The translations under genes and the position numbers were made by a program. Below the pieces are notes generated by a model. It saw only the letters and a program-made list of their open reading frames with translations, had not been told where the DNA came from and ran no database searches. From the human T2T-CHM13v2.0 reference genome, Homo sapiens: 64,000 bases of DNA. The stretch's first letter is position 1. Each line of letters starts with the position of its first letter. The stretch lies in the NCBI RefSeq assembly GCF_009914755.1, contig NC_060929.1. The stretch is one strand, 5' to 3'. Below are positions 41,365-56,794 of the stretch, piece by piece.

Positions 41365-41600
41365 ATAGTGTTGCAGCCAAGGTCCTGATCTCTGGAATCA
41401 GACTGTCTAATGTGGGATCCCTGCTCCTGTGTTTCTTCCAACTTCTCTCAGCCTGTTTTCTCACCTGTAAAACGGGGGATATTAATAGTAACTGCCTTGT
41501 AGGTTGTTGAGAAGGGTTGGAGATGTCGTATGTAAGATGTTTAGCACAGTAGCTGCCATTTGACACACATTAAATATTAGTATTTAGTTAGTAGTAGTTG
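41365..41600 (+). mobile_element. MIR
   Basis: ctggaatcagactgtct...ttttctcacctgtaaaacgggg...tgtaagatgtttagcacagt. Confidence 0.8.
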
Positions 41601-41638
41601 GTGCATGAGACACAGTTACTCAAAGAAATGGGTACTGA

Positions 41639-42125
<487 letters not shown>

Positions 42126-44989
42126 TCAGCATCTCAATTTTTGCTCAAAGGGACCTTTCCTGGGAAGTCTCATGGAGAAGACTCAGCTCCATTGCATTAC
42201 AGAATTAATGTGTGAGGAAGGGATATTGTGGAATTCAACCCATCTCACTTCAGGAAAGATTTAGGCGCAGAGTGTTAAGGATGATATTCTTCCGAGGTTT
42301 CCCTGCCATCCCTATGAAAAAGTTAGGCGACAGTTGATTGGAGGCAGGACTAGAGGCATACAGTGAGGTGTGTCTTCAACGTAAGGCCAAAGGCTAGCTG
42401 CCACATTTTAAGGCCCTTTTCAGGGGGAAGGTTCTTAAAAGGGCTGCCTCAGCACACAGGCACTGGCATATGTCACCGTGGCAGGTAGACACATATTAAA
42501 ACAAACCTCACAAACACAATTCAAAACACACCGAGTCTGTAAGGACTGGTTCCTTACATGAGCTCATGAGTTCATCCCCTTGTCAAGAAGAATCGACTCT
42601 CTAGGTAGAAGGCAAAACACTTGATCCTCTCCAGAAGGCCACGAGAATTTAACTTCTTTCCCTTTCAGAACTGATAAGATCTCACATCACCACGTCAGTC
42701 TGGCTCACAGGAGGAGTGAGACCTGGCTCTGCTAAGAAGCTGGTAGTTGTTAGTGGGAGCTTGAGACCCACAAACAAAGGGATTTTCAACTACCTGGCTG
42801 TACTTACATTTGGTTTTACTTCAGGCTTTCACACTCCATGCTTACCTCACTGACTTGTTATGTAGACCAAATGAGATGTGTGTAACAGTGGGTTTAAACA
42901 CAACATCTCTACGCAGATATGATCTTTTCCCATTGTTAAGGGCACTGTTAACACAATGCCCTCAAAGAGCTTTTGGTTTGAATCCATTTATAATCTGTAT
43001 ATTCATAAGCTTTGAGTGTGTGTGTGATTCTGATAAATAGAGTCAGCTTGGGTGAGAGCTCTTTCCCAAGGGAGAGCGCAGAATGGAATAGGGCACTAGA
43101 GGCAGGAGCTTGGAGCTACCTGTGTAACTCAGATCTCCCCAGTCCTTCCAAGCCTAAGGGTACATAAACAGTAGTTTACTCCAATTCCACCACCTCTTGT
43201 TCCCACTTGTCCAGGAAGGGCTCTGTTAAGTGCTCCTTCAATATTTTGGTCTGTGTCAATGGGTGTTACCACTCTGCCACCTCCTACTGGGCACCTTCAT
43301 TTTCCCCTGCCAGGTCACGCCCTCTACCCCACAAGCATGCTTAGTGGCACCGCATATTGTCTTGTGCTTCATTCTGTGTCCCACTGGGTTGGAGTGCTCT
43401 CACAGCAGGACTGCCTGAGTCCCTTTATTTTCCAGAGTTGAGGAGAAAAACTTCTTCATTTTTATTTCCTGGTCACATTGTTCTCCCACACTGAGTCCAG
43501 TAGGGCCTCCACTAGGAGCAATGCTCAGGGCTGTGCCTAGAATTGTTCTTCCCTCTTGACGGCTAGGACTTTTCTTCAGCTGCCACGGGCTGTACCTGGC
43601 TTCTTTTCTCAGAAGGCTTCTCCTTCTCTCAGGCAACTCCTTCTACCTCTCAAGGGCTGTGCTACCCTGTCCCACTCATTTTTTCAGATATCCTAGGGCA
43701 TCTGTGGAGACTTTACTTCCTTCTTCCCTTGCCCCACTGCCCCAGCCTTTCCTAATATTCATTCATTCCACAGACTTCTTTGAAGAATATTTGAACTATA
43801 TGAAATATTTTTCAAGCTGTCAAATAAAATTGTGTTTTAACTCCAAGCAGTGCTGAAAACATCCCACAACTTAAAACCCTGTAACCCTAGAAGAAATTGC
43901 CTTATGGAAGATGGAGGGACGTGGTTCAGTGATAATTTTATCACCTAAATTTCAGTTTTAAGAGATGATTTAAACCTGAACACTGAGACATATTTAAAGG
44001 GTTTTATTAAAAATATTTACTTAAAAATTATACCTTAGTGGAACTTTTCCTCCCCTCTCTTCATCCTCCCTTCCCTAGTTCTCTGGAGGTAAGTTCTGGG
44101 TGGAATTGGAGGTCTACAGAAGTTGGACTGGAGTGTGGTTCTGGTGTTTGCTCGAGATAGTTGGGTGGGATGGGGAAGGAGATGAGCCCTCTATGCCTCT
44201 CTCTCTAACTTCCTCTATTCTCCAGCCCCTTAGCCTCTCTAGCTCTGTAGTGTAGCCTTAACCTATTCTGCCTGCAACATAGCTTCACTCAGTGTATAGT
44301 GGATGGAAAGATCCAGAAAGGGGAGAAAGAGGGCACCCAAGACAAATTTCCTTTATTATGAAAGTTTTTCCACATTTTCTCCTCTAATCAGAGAGCAGAT
44401 TACAAATTGACCCCATAGCCCCTTGTGCTGCTTGAAGAGTCTGACCTGAGAATGAGAAGGAAGGGCGGGCAAAGTCATGCCTCCCTGTCGCAGTCAATCC
44501 TTTCTTTTGCAATTCTCTCCTCCCCTCCCCTCTGGTCATCCCTCCATTTCAACATTTGTAGGTCCCTGAAGCAACTTATAGCAGTGCGAATCAACACCTT
44601 CCAGGAGAGTCCTTGGTCTTTGTGGCTTACTGAAATCAGAATACCAGAATTCCTGTGCCCAGGCACAGGTAAGTGGAGATGGAAGTTATTGTGGGAATTA
44701 AGAGGTCATTTTTGGCCTCAGGTGCTTTCAGAGAGAGGTCTGGAGGAGCTGCTGTAGGTTACATTGGAAAAGGATGGCGTGAGGGACCTGCGTCTTGAGA
44801 AGTCTTTTATGAGCCTCCCAATTCTGGGTTAGGTGTCTCTCCTACCTGCCTCCACAGGGCTTCCTTCTTAGCTTTAGTACTTATCCCCCTGTTGGCTCTT
44901 GTATGACTCTTGCATGACATAGTAAGCATCCCAAGCAGTACAGTATCCCCAGCCCTCGGTCCTAGCTCAATATAGGTTGCTTGTCACCC

Positions 44990-45568
<579 letters not shown>

Positions 45569-45639
45569 CTTTGCTTGTCTATGAATGAAGTGGGCTGCCA
45601 GATTGGAAAGGTCACAGGACTCAGGCTTAAAGACCTACA

Positions 45640-45825
45640 GATTTTTTGCTCTATCGTTTACTAACAGGGCTGAGCACTTAGTCTCTCTAACCCTCAGTTT
45701 TTTTCAGTAGCAGAATGGGTTCAATTTATCTAATTCTACTAATAGGATCATGGAGAATGAGATTAACAGATGTAAAAGGGCTTTATAGACTGTATGTTGC
45801 TAGTCACATGTAAGATATTATCCAG
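45640..45825 (+). mobile_element. MIR
   Basis: cctcagttttttt..cagtagcagaatggg...gagattaacagatgtaaaagggcttt. Confidence 0.6.
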
Positions 45826-45876
45826 ATAAAGCTTGAGCAAAGAAAGTATGATTTTGGCCATTTTATATAAAGCAAG

Positions 45877-45955
45877 TGTCTTAGTCTGTTATAACAAAAT
45901 GCCACAGACCATGTGGCTTAAAAACAATATTTATTACTTACAGTTCTGGAGTGGA
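45877..45955 (-). mobile_element. MLT1/MST LTR end fragment
   Basis: tgtcttagtctg..ataacaaaatgccacagac..tggcttaaaaacaa..ttacagttctggag. Confidence 0.65.
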
Positions 45956-48479
45956 GTGGCTTCATAGAGCAGCCTAAATAACAATCTGTATCTCTTGCTT
46001 TCACTAACACTAATTCTGTTTTTTGTCTCTGATTTTTTTTTTTTTTAAATGAAACTCTAAGGTGATTCCATTCTTCACAGAATTTGCACTGGTTCCAGCC
46101 AAATGTCCCAGACACCTTTTCTACTTGGGGCATTTTCAATCATGCAGATGGTGTAAATTCAAACCTCAAAACCAAAGAATGACAAGCACAAGGCTGCAAA
46201 TTTTCCAGAAAGTCCTTTTTTCACCACTCAAAATTCATATAGAGTCATTCATGTTTTCCTGTCATCTCCCTTTTTCAATACACCATTTTCCCCTTTAATC
46301 TGTGCTTTGACTTCAAAAGTCCCAGGTTTTGACAGATCTCAGTTTCACCTCCCCACCTGGCACAGACCCTGTCTCCTGCATAGTTGTTAAAACCCAAGGG
46401 CACCCAAATCATACGACACCCTCAGGACAGACTGGCCTCAACACCTGCTTCCCACTCAGGTTTCTATTTCCCTTTCCATCTTCGGTGCCTTGGGATTTCC
46501 CCAACTTTCTTGTTTGTTGCATTTTCCCTAGCATTTCCAAATATTTTGTAGTAGGAATGTTTTTCAGAATAGGTAGTCTGCCGTATCAGTAGAAACTGAA
46601 CCCCCTACCGATATTTTTACACAAGTAATGTCTAATAACAATTAACATGAGAAGCGGAAAAGAAAAAAAGAGTCTGCCACCAGAACAAGTAGTAGCCCTG
46701 CTCTTCAAACCAAAAGTAAATTACGTATAACTACTAGGTTTTTTTTATGAGTTCAAGGGATGGAGCATCTAAAATAAGAAATGGTCCAAGACATCCATGG
46801 ATATAGGGATGATAGCATCACTGCCAGGGTTGGCTCATGACCCCTGGCCAATGAGAAAGTGTCTCCAGAGGCCAGCAGGAGAGTCTGCTTCTGCCTGCTC
46901 CCAGCCCTGCCTCCCTGACCTGCTCCCCATCATCCAGTTTCCAAAGAGGAGAACCCTGAATTCCTTGCCCTGGGGAAGAGCTCTGCCATAGCTTTGAGTG
47001 ACTCAAAGGACAGGCTCTGCAAAACATAAGTATAGGTTGAAATGCTAAGTTTTTCTGCCACTGTTTTCTTGAAACAGCTCAAGAAAGGACTCAGAGAAAT
47101 TGGCTCTTGCTACAGGACACACAAATTGAATACTTGAGTCAATCATCCAGTGATTTGTCACAATGCTGAACAAACACCAGAGCCTTTGCTAAACATAAGG
47201 AGACAGAGAATGTTCTTGATAGAATCACATCCATTTGTCGATCCCAGGTATATTCCTAAACAAGATGATGGTCTAACTTTGGGGGGCTTGGTGGCAATGT
47301 GGAGGTGTGGATGGTGAGGAATGGGAGCCACTCTTGCTTATTGTCCTCCCTGATCTTCAGGCCAATGACTGAGGTGTGCCTACCCTCCCTTCATCCTGCA
47401 CTTAGTCATACATGAAGCTTGCTTGTCTCAGTAGATCCCATTGGATTTTCATCTTTGTTATTAAATCAGGGCCACATTTGACATGCTTATTTTATAACGA
47501 CCATCTTATGACATGTAGGTCCTTTGGCTGAGGGAGAAGTGCCTCCACAAATTTAATTACCCTCAGGTGAGCAGCACTGGGTGCTTGTCACATCAGAACA
47601 CCCCAACAATTGGGAACAAATCTGTATTTATCCTAGAGACGAGACACTTTGAGCCTCAAAGGATAATACTCTCAGAGTTTACTTTCTCCCCTTATTCCCT
47701 TTTGGGCTACCAAGGTTTTTAGTCACTGCTGAAGCTATTTTGTATTTTAAATCCACAGTCCTTTCATTTTAAAACTGCAAGGTTTTTTATCGTGTCTCAC
47801 CCCTACATTCAAGGCCCAGAAGGGCCTGGTGCTGTACCCAGAATCACATTGCTCACCTGGGGCAGAGTCTCCAATTCCTAGAGCAGTTTCAGTCCCCCAT
47901 GTCCTCAGCGTTTCCCAGAAGATAGTAATGGATGACATGAATCTGGCAAACAGCTGGGAATTACTGCCCTCCAAAGTGGTGGAAGGAGTGGCTCTGAGGG
48001 CCTGTCTTGGCCGACGTAGATTTGGTATCAATACCTGCTGAGTACAGAGGCCAAACAGACTGCACCTGGGCTCTGCCTGTAACTCTCCAACCTAACTCAT
48101 GCCACGCCTGGTGAGGAGTTAAAGAAACAAATCCTTGTTTTTTATTTTCTTCATAGGATCAAATCGCTCAGGGTACTTGTAAGGAGTGGACCATTATTTT
48201 ACAGGTGTGTAATGCTTCCACCTCTTGCATCCTTCCCTCTTCCAAAGGCTGTCATAGCAACAAGGCCCATCTCTGCAGGTGTCAGGAGACCTTCACATTA
48301 ACTTTCCTTGGACAAGTAACATCAGAACAAATTCTCCTTTGAACTTAGGTCAGAGAAATCTCTAAACCTCATGGAAAGTATGAAATGCAAACCAACTGTA
48401 TGAATTAGTCTTTGAGCCCATTATGATACTGGGAACTTATTCTTTTTTAAGAATTTCAAATTATTTCAGTTTTTTTAAA

Positions 48480-48605
48480 TTTTGTTTTTGAGATAGGGTC
48501 TTACTATGTTGCTCACACTGACCTGGAACTCCTGGACTCAAGCAATCCTTCCACCTCAGCCTCTTGAGTAGCTGGGATTACAGGTGTATGCCACTACACC
48601 CAGCT
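48480..48605 (-). mobile_element. Alu monomer (FLAM-like)
   Basis: Single arm gagatagggtcttactatgttgc...ccactacacccagct. Confidence 0.85.
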
Positions 48606-48609
48606 AAAA

Positions 48610-49683
<1,074 letters not shown>

Positions 49684-49739
49684 ATCTTTCTTTATCTTTC
49701 TCTGGAAAGAGGAAATTCTCAATTTTAGAGAAAGCTCTG

Positions 49740-50205
49740 TTGTGAATATTTGGCAGTTTTGCCTTTCCAGCCACTGAACTACACCTCCAGGCCACCCCAA
49801 GGTATGTTGAAGGTAAGGCTTGCCTCAAATGGTTCCTCTCTCACTAACCTGGCCCCTGGCAAGTGAGGTTGGATGCCAATGCCCTGGATTTTTAAACTTG
49901 AAGCAGGTGATACAGGGAACTATGGGATACTTAAAGGTGAATTCTGGCAGTACCAGCAACATCTTAATATTGCTTACTGGTGGGGATTTCAGGGGCAGCT
50001 GCAGCGCCATCCAGACCCTTCTGTGGCATGACCTTGGCTGTGTTTCCAGCACCTGGACTCCGTTGGCACCTGGACATCGCCCAATCTTAGTTCTCCATGC
50101 ACATTCTTGGTTTTGCAAGTTATTCCGTCTCCTTCCAATAACTTCCTTTTCTGCTTAAATTAACTAGAAATAGTTTCTGTTGTTTGCAACCATGGATCCT
50201 GACTA
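49740..50205 (+). mobile_element. LTR33-like ERVL solo LTR
   Basis: 3' end caataacttccttttctgcttaaattaactagaaatagtttctgttgtttgcaacca. Confidence 0.6.
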
Positions 50206-51014
50206 GCCCTGCCTCCTTAAAGTTGTTTCAATGGATGAGTGACTATTTAACAAGTGAGCTATGCTCATGGCATCTTATTAAAAGGGACTGAAAGTAGGAG
50301 AGCTTCTTGATTGAAGCTTGAAGGACTTTCACTTCTCCAGCTGCTGGCAGTGGGGAACAGGAAAGGAGGTCATTGAAAGCCAGTAGGAGGTGGTGGTCTA
50401 TGTTAAATCACCCATGTGACTTTGCTACAGCTCCCACACCCTCAGCTTAAAACCAGGTACTGACAGGCATCCTGTGGATTTATTTTTCCAGCTCTGCCCT
50501 ACCTGTTTTTCTGGCTCTCCTTTCCAGCCCAAAGTCAGGCCCCACAGCTGGATGAAATAAAATGGTTATATTGGGAGGCCTTAAAATTAGCATGGTTCAA
50601 TATGTCTTAAAGTTGGGGCCATTCCCTGGGTAAAGAATGGAGGTTTTCTCACTTTCTCTGCTGCAGCTGCTGGGGATAAAAGTCAGGAGCTCTCTGCTCC
50701 AAGGGCTCTCCCAACCAGGTCCGACTCTCTCCCCACTACTTTCCAAATTCATTCGCTGCTACATTCACCATGTACCACAGCGAAAGACAACCCCACTCCA
50801 TCAATGGCACATTATCATGTGGCTTTCCATTTTTCCTAATCACCTTATTCCTTTGCTCTTCCAAAGTTGAGGATAAATTATTTAACAAGTCTCTAGGGTT
50901 GACTTTTATGAGAACTTAAAGCCAGTGCCCATCTGCTATAGGTTAGGGTGAGCCAAATGCTGAAAGTTAATCCTTCTTGTTCCACTCTGGAAAATACCCA
51001 GCCATGCACACACA

Positions 51015-51030
51015 CACGTGTGCACACGTG
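51015..51030. promoter_or_regulatory. Palindromic double E-box CACGTG-tgca-CACGTG
   Basis: Perfect 16-bp palindrome with two retained CpGs. Confidence 0.3.
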
Positions 51031-51429
51031 AGCAGTCACAGACCCCCACACCCTACAACAGCACCTCCCAAACCACATGGCCCAAGTAGTAAAACATCAA
51101 GGCTTGAATCACCATACTCAGGCCAATAAAAACTTAACTTTGCACTCTCATATAGTTGAGCTTGTGCTTGCAAAATTCCCTGCATGTGCCTGGCTCTGTG
51201 ATTGAAACACTGTCATGCATTTCAGACAAGGGAATAGGTAATATTTAAACATTAATATACATCTATGCCTTTCTGACACATGCATTGAATGTGTGGAGTA
51301 TCAGAGATGAAAAGTATACAATATACACACACATCATATTGTATAATTGTATAATTTATTAATTTCATCACATTTAGTTTAAGAGGCAGAGATCAGCTAA
51401 TGCAACAGTTTTCAATCTTTTTCAATAGA

Positions 51430-51640
51430 AGTGGGTTTGAAACTTGGTCCAGCCACATTCTTACTGGATGGCCTTTCTAAGCCAAAGTTCAATTTTCTTA
51501 AATCTGTAAAACAGGGATTAAAAATAGTATGTACCTTACAGTATTACTGTGACGACTAAATGAAATCTTAGCACAAAGCCTGGCAGACAGCCAATGCTAT
51601 TACTGGCTAAGATCATGGTAGCTATTATTATTATTATTCA
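51430..51640 (+). mobile_element. MIR
   Basis: tgggtttgaaac...aatctgtaaaacagggatt...ttagcacaaagcctggca...tagctattattattatt. Confidence 0.75.
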
Positions 51641-52124
51641 CCCCTGAATGGATTCTATTTTGCAGCAGTTTGTCCACAAAACTGCATTTATGAATTAGTC
51701 ATGAATTTACTCTCGCTGACTTTTAGTATTCAGAAACATTAATATCACCCCATCAGAACTTCTCACCGGAAACATCAGTTGTTATAACTTCAATAAAAGA
51801 TAAAGACCATTTCTAATTAAGTTTAACCTGAGTAGTCTTATTGTCAATGAGTTATAAATATTAGAATTTTAATAAGATTTGTGATACTTTTATGTAGAAC
51901 TGGCTTAATGCAATTTCATGTTTCAGAAGAGGAAACAGATGTCCAGAGAGGGGACCATGCCTCAGGCCACAAAGCAGCAACACAAACTCAGGTCTCGAAC
52001 CATGAGGCCCCCCTCTTCAGTCTACTTTGGCTTGTATTTATATCCAACTAAGGGCATACGGAAGGTCTGGTATATTTTACGGGCCATGTCCTTAATCAGG
52101 AACCATGCTGAAAACCTATTGGAT

Positions 52125-52605
52125 TATGTGTCTAGAAACTTACCTCATCCTAACCCTAGCCTTTTTTTGGAAACTGCTCTCCCCATCCCCCACCATGGCT
52201 CCTGGTGGCCACGTTTGTAAGATATGAATCAACCCCGGCCACAGTCACTGGGCCCAGATTGGGCCCAATAGTCACTGGGCCAGGTTGGGCCAATAGGAAT
52301 ATTTCTTAGGAAGACGGAATGAAGTGGAGAGAGATCTAGTCTTCTCCAGGTGGATAAACATCATTATTGGTTATATTTTCAAAAGGTGTGTCCAGGGAAG
52401 CAGAGGAAGCCAAGGTGTAAAAAGAGAAGAAACAAGACCCATTATGACTAGAGATAGGAGAGTCAGATTCCTCATGGCTGTCTCTCTCAGATTCCAGTTT
52501 ATTTTGAGATCCACTGCATGCTTGCCCTTGGGTTTTTGGAAGCACTGTTGAGTAAATTCTTTCCTGGCTTAAGCTAACATGAGTCTTTTCTCAACTAAGG
52601 ATTTG
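52125..52605 (+). mobile_element. Old ERVL/MaLR-type LTR (LTR33/LTR16-like)
   Basis: tttggaaactgctctcc...gggccaatagg...gtaaattctttcctggcttaagctaac. Confidence 0.5.
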
Positions 52606-53389
52606 AGAAATGGGGTTGTATTCCAGAATGCTGGAGCAGTAAGCAGTCCACACTATATTGCCTACTAGAACCTCATACCTATGGCGAGAGATTTTTCTTG
52701 TCCATCTGTAGTGATCCTTTCATTGCTTCAAATCTCTTGAAGGTGTGGCATGCCTCTGGCCATGGTCTCTGAAGACCAGGTCTACAATTGTTCAGACCGC
52801 CAACTGCTGTGATATTTTGCTTGTAAAATGTCTAATGATTCTTACCAGACTGTTCTGTTCTTTCCACTTCTACCACCTATTGCCTTGAAAGCAACTTGGG
52901 CTTCCACAAAACTTGCATTTCACTGTCTAGTAGAATACTCTTTGCTTCAATGTGGCAGCTATGGCTCCAGAATTTGTGCCTCTTTTGTCACTCTTGTGGG
53001 AATCAGAACTCTTCCCCCAGAACACAAAATGAAGGACTAGAGAGAGGTCACAGTGGAGGGAACCACACACATTACAGAACACTATCAACTCTGGAGCTGA
53101 TGTGGAGGGCACACTCACTGTGAGAGCACATCTAAGTTTGAGCTGGGGCTTCTGCCTAGTTGTAGAGCTTACTCAGAGCTCAGGGAAAATATAGCTCATC
53201 AATTGCTGAACCGGGTAGTTAAGCATAAATATGTACATAGGTGTATGTGTATAGAAACGTTTTAAAGAGAATATTTCAGAGGCAAATATTTTAACAAATC
53301 AGCCCTCTGCAACACATCGGGAATGTATGCATTTGCAATCTAAAACATGTTTACTTACGCAGGAACTAAGCTTGTTAAAAACTATGAGA

Positions 53390-53870
53390 AACATTTGGAC
53401 TCATCCATTCAGCAAATATTTTGTGGTTATGTACTATGTGCTATTTAGCTATGTACAAAATGAATAAAGTTCCTCGCCATTGTGAAACTTCTATCTCCTA
53501 GGCATGAAAGCTCAAATGGAAATATTAACAATGGCAAATAGTAATGAAAAGTGCTGTCTATTCAGCACCCCTTATTTCAAACTATTGTGCTAATACAGTT
53601 TTTATATGTTATTTCTTATGTTCCACCAGAAGATACACTTCATAAGTGAAGGAACAGTCTTTGTATTCATCATTCTGTGTCCAATGCCTCACCCATATTT
53701 GGTCTCAGTAAATATTTGTTGACTAAATAAATGATCCCTCCATAAATTCTGAGTTTGGTATTATTATGCCCATTTAACAGGTGGTAAATTGAGGATCAGA
53801 GAGGTTAATAATTTGGCCCAAATCACACAGCAAAAAGAGCTAGGATTTAAACCTAGAGTGTTTTCCAATA
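53390..53870. mobile_element. L2 and MIR fragments
   Basis: catccattcagcaaatattt (L2 -); ctcagtaaatatttgttgactaaat (L2 +); cccattttaacaggtggtaaattgaggatcagagaggttaa (MIR -). Confidence 0.6.
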
Positions 53871-56794
53871 CACCAAAATATTACTTTTGCATATATTTGT
53901 TGGAATAAAGTGTTTTGGAGCTCATGTCACTCTATAATAAGTTGGGTCTGTAGGGATGAATTACAGCACTTGCAGTCCCTGGAATACTATTCTGTGCCAA
54001 CAAGAGAATGCAATCTCTGATCAAAATGTTAACTTTATGTTACTTACATATCCCAGGCTTCACCAGCCCAGCTAGCGACTAACAATGAGCTATGGTTAAC
54101 ATTAATAACCCAAAGCCCCTGTTTTTGCCTGTCTGCAGGCTCTTTAGCATATCTTTCCTTAAATAAAACCAACCACCCACTCCTCTTACCCCATCTCCAC
54201 CATACACACACAAATACTTCTTGAAGTTGTTGAAGATCAGCCTACATAGATCTCAAGCCCACTTGTGAGTTGGTCAATAGCCACCATGAGATATCCACAG
54301 CTTTTATCTTCTACTGCAGCTTTGCTTTGTCAACCTCTACTGTGAAAGAAGCTGTTGAGGGTAACTACACTGTTACTGCTGTTAATAGTGCCTTCTGGAA
54401 AAATAAGGATGATGCCTCTCAGCTCTCCCAAAGCTTCCATCCCTGAGATGGAGCTGGATTCTGTGAAGAACCCAGGAGAATGGCCCAATAACACATGTGT
54501 AACCTGCTCCTGAAGCAACACTCATGCATCCTGAGTCTCACAGTGTCTCTCCTTCATGCCAAGCCAAAATGCTCTCTATATGCCCAAATCCAGGGACAGG
54601 AAGCCTGGGGGAGTGCAGAGATTCTCAAACATGTTCAGGTAGCAGAAGACCAGGAAGCATGGCTTCCCATGAGCTCTGGAAAGCCATGAGTCATTGATGT
54701 TTTAAACTAAAAATAACTAAGTACTATGGTTTTGCTAAATGATTATCCTGACCAATATTAACAGAAAACAGAGTTTAAGCACATGCCCACAAATACACAA
54801 ACTCCTTACTGAGGAAATTCAACTCATTAACTAATTAACACTGTATATGCGTAAGTGAGAGAGAGACACAGATTGGGAAAATGTCCATGTTATTGTACTT
54901 TAACTGCATGGCAAGCACAGGCCATGAAGCACCACTGTTCTGAAAAACACTTGAAAAGGGCTGAGCCCAAGAGTTATTCAGGTGATTTGGGGAGTGTTAT
55001 TTGCATCTCAGAGTCTATACGATGCCATTCCTCCGAACCTGACATCCTAATCTGTAAGATAAAGTGGTTACACTTGATGTTCTATTGGTCTTCATCCTGC
55101 TTTAGCTGTCTGAGACTCCCATTGAAATTAGTAGGCCAGGGTATAGAAAGTTTTGGGGTAAAAGAACATGCTTCAGGGAGAAAAAGCCAAGAGAGGAGGT
55201 TTATTGGGTGGTAAGAAGTTTATGATACAGCTCAGAACCTCACTGTCGTCTAATATCTACAAGGGTGGCACTGTAATTATAAGGAATTTTACAGGGAACA
55301 TTCCCAGCCAGGAATAATATAATTTTAGTCTTTTACCCATACTTCTTAGTGCCTATGCACATGAACTTATTGAGCCCTGTAGACTCCCAGAATGGGTCAT
55401 AAGTATCATTGTGTCTTTCAGGCAATAAAAGGAGTGTTACCTCTGGGCTCCCAGAGTTACCCACCAACTCAGTGGTCCTCCAGGGGTGGTCTTGGCTCCC
55501 CCGGTGGTCTTCAATGGATTTCCAGTGGCCTCTGAGTTACCCTCCTGGAGCAGTCATGCTTGTCAATAGCATTGTCTCTGCTTATGCTCCAGGAGGGGTT
55601 TAGAACTCACTTGTGCTGTGCCTTCTGAGAGTTTGCCAGATTTTAACACCATTCTTTTTGTTTCCCTCAGGACATCGTCCATGCCCACCCTGTCCTTCAT
55701 TTTTACAATGTTAAATTATTGAAGGTGTTAGATGGCCTGAGTGTTGTCTGGTTCTGGCAAGGTAGCTCTTTCCTCCAAAGTGTTAGATTCTCTGCTTCAT
55801 CCTGGCTTTTGGCTAACATAATACCCTGTAATGCTGAATTTCATACCTTCAAGTGGGCATGGCATTGTTCAGAAGTGTTAGCATAGAAGTCATCTCCTGT
55901 TAGAATAACAGTTGTTTTTCTCATCCAAAGGGAAATGTTGGTTGTCAAGATATCACTCAGACCATGCTACTTTCCTGCCTCATAAAAGGCCAAGAAAGGA
56001 AACCATGAGAAAATAGAGAAATTATTTGTAGGTCAAGGTTTGTTATTCAACATTAAGGTTTCAGTTTAGTGGAGAGACAGGAAGGAAAAGAACATACACA
56101 AGCCCACCCAAACAGTTTATTAATGTCCACATTTTTTTCTTGTTATTGGCTGTTATTTCAAAGGCTCTTGAGTGGATACAGAGTCGTATATTTTTCTAAA
56201 GTAGTAACTGTTTGCAAAATTTTATGTTTTATATTGAAGCTCCTATCTATTGGCTCAATTTTTCAATAAAAGAAACTTTAAACCACAACAACCTGAGATC
56301 CCTGGAACATTTTAAAACATATTTTGTTTGTTTGACAATAAAATTTCACATCTGGGCTGACAAGCCTTGTGCCAAGTTTCAACCTAATGCAATGTCAAAT
56401 GGATGAGCTATTACATTCAAGCAAGCAAGAAAACTCAGGCTTCTGATGGTTTCTTGATAGCCCTTTGCCCACAACCTGCTGCTATAATGACAGTGTAGCT
56501 CTGCTGAGTGACCAATGAACTCAAATTCCTGCTAGAGACCCTCTTTCTTGGAAAGAAACATTGCATTTTAAATTTACTCTTCATTAAGAGATTATTAGGC
56601 AGAGCCCAAGTATCTGGCCTTTTCCATTTATATCATCTGTGCCAATAAATGCTCTCATAAGCCTAGTTGTAAGACTCTAGTTAAACGTGATTTGGCTTAT
56701 TCAAACTAGTCCTCCTTCAGAGGCTACTGCTTCTTTACTAATTACTTCCTGTTCTCTTTCCTCTGCATAGCAACAGTACTTTATTCAAAACAGA

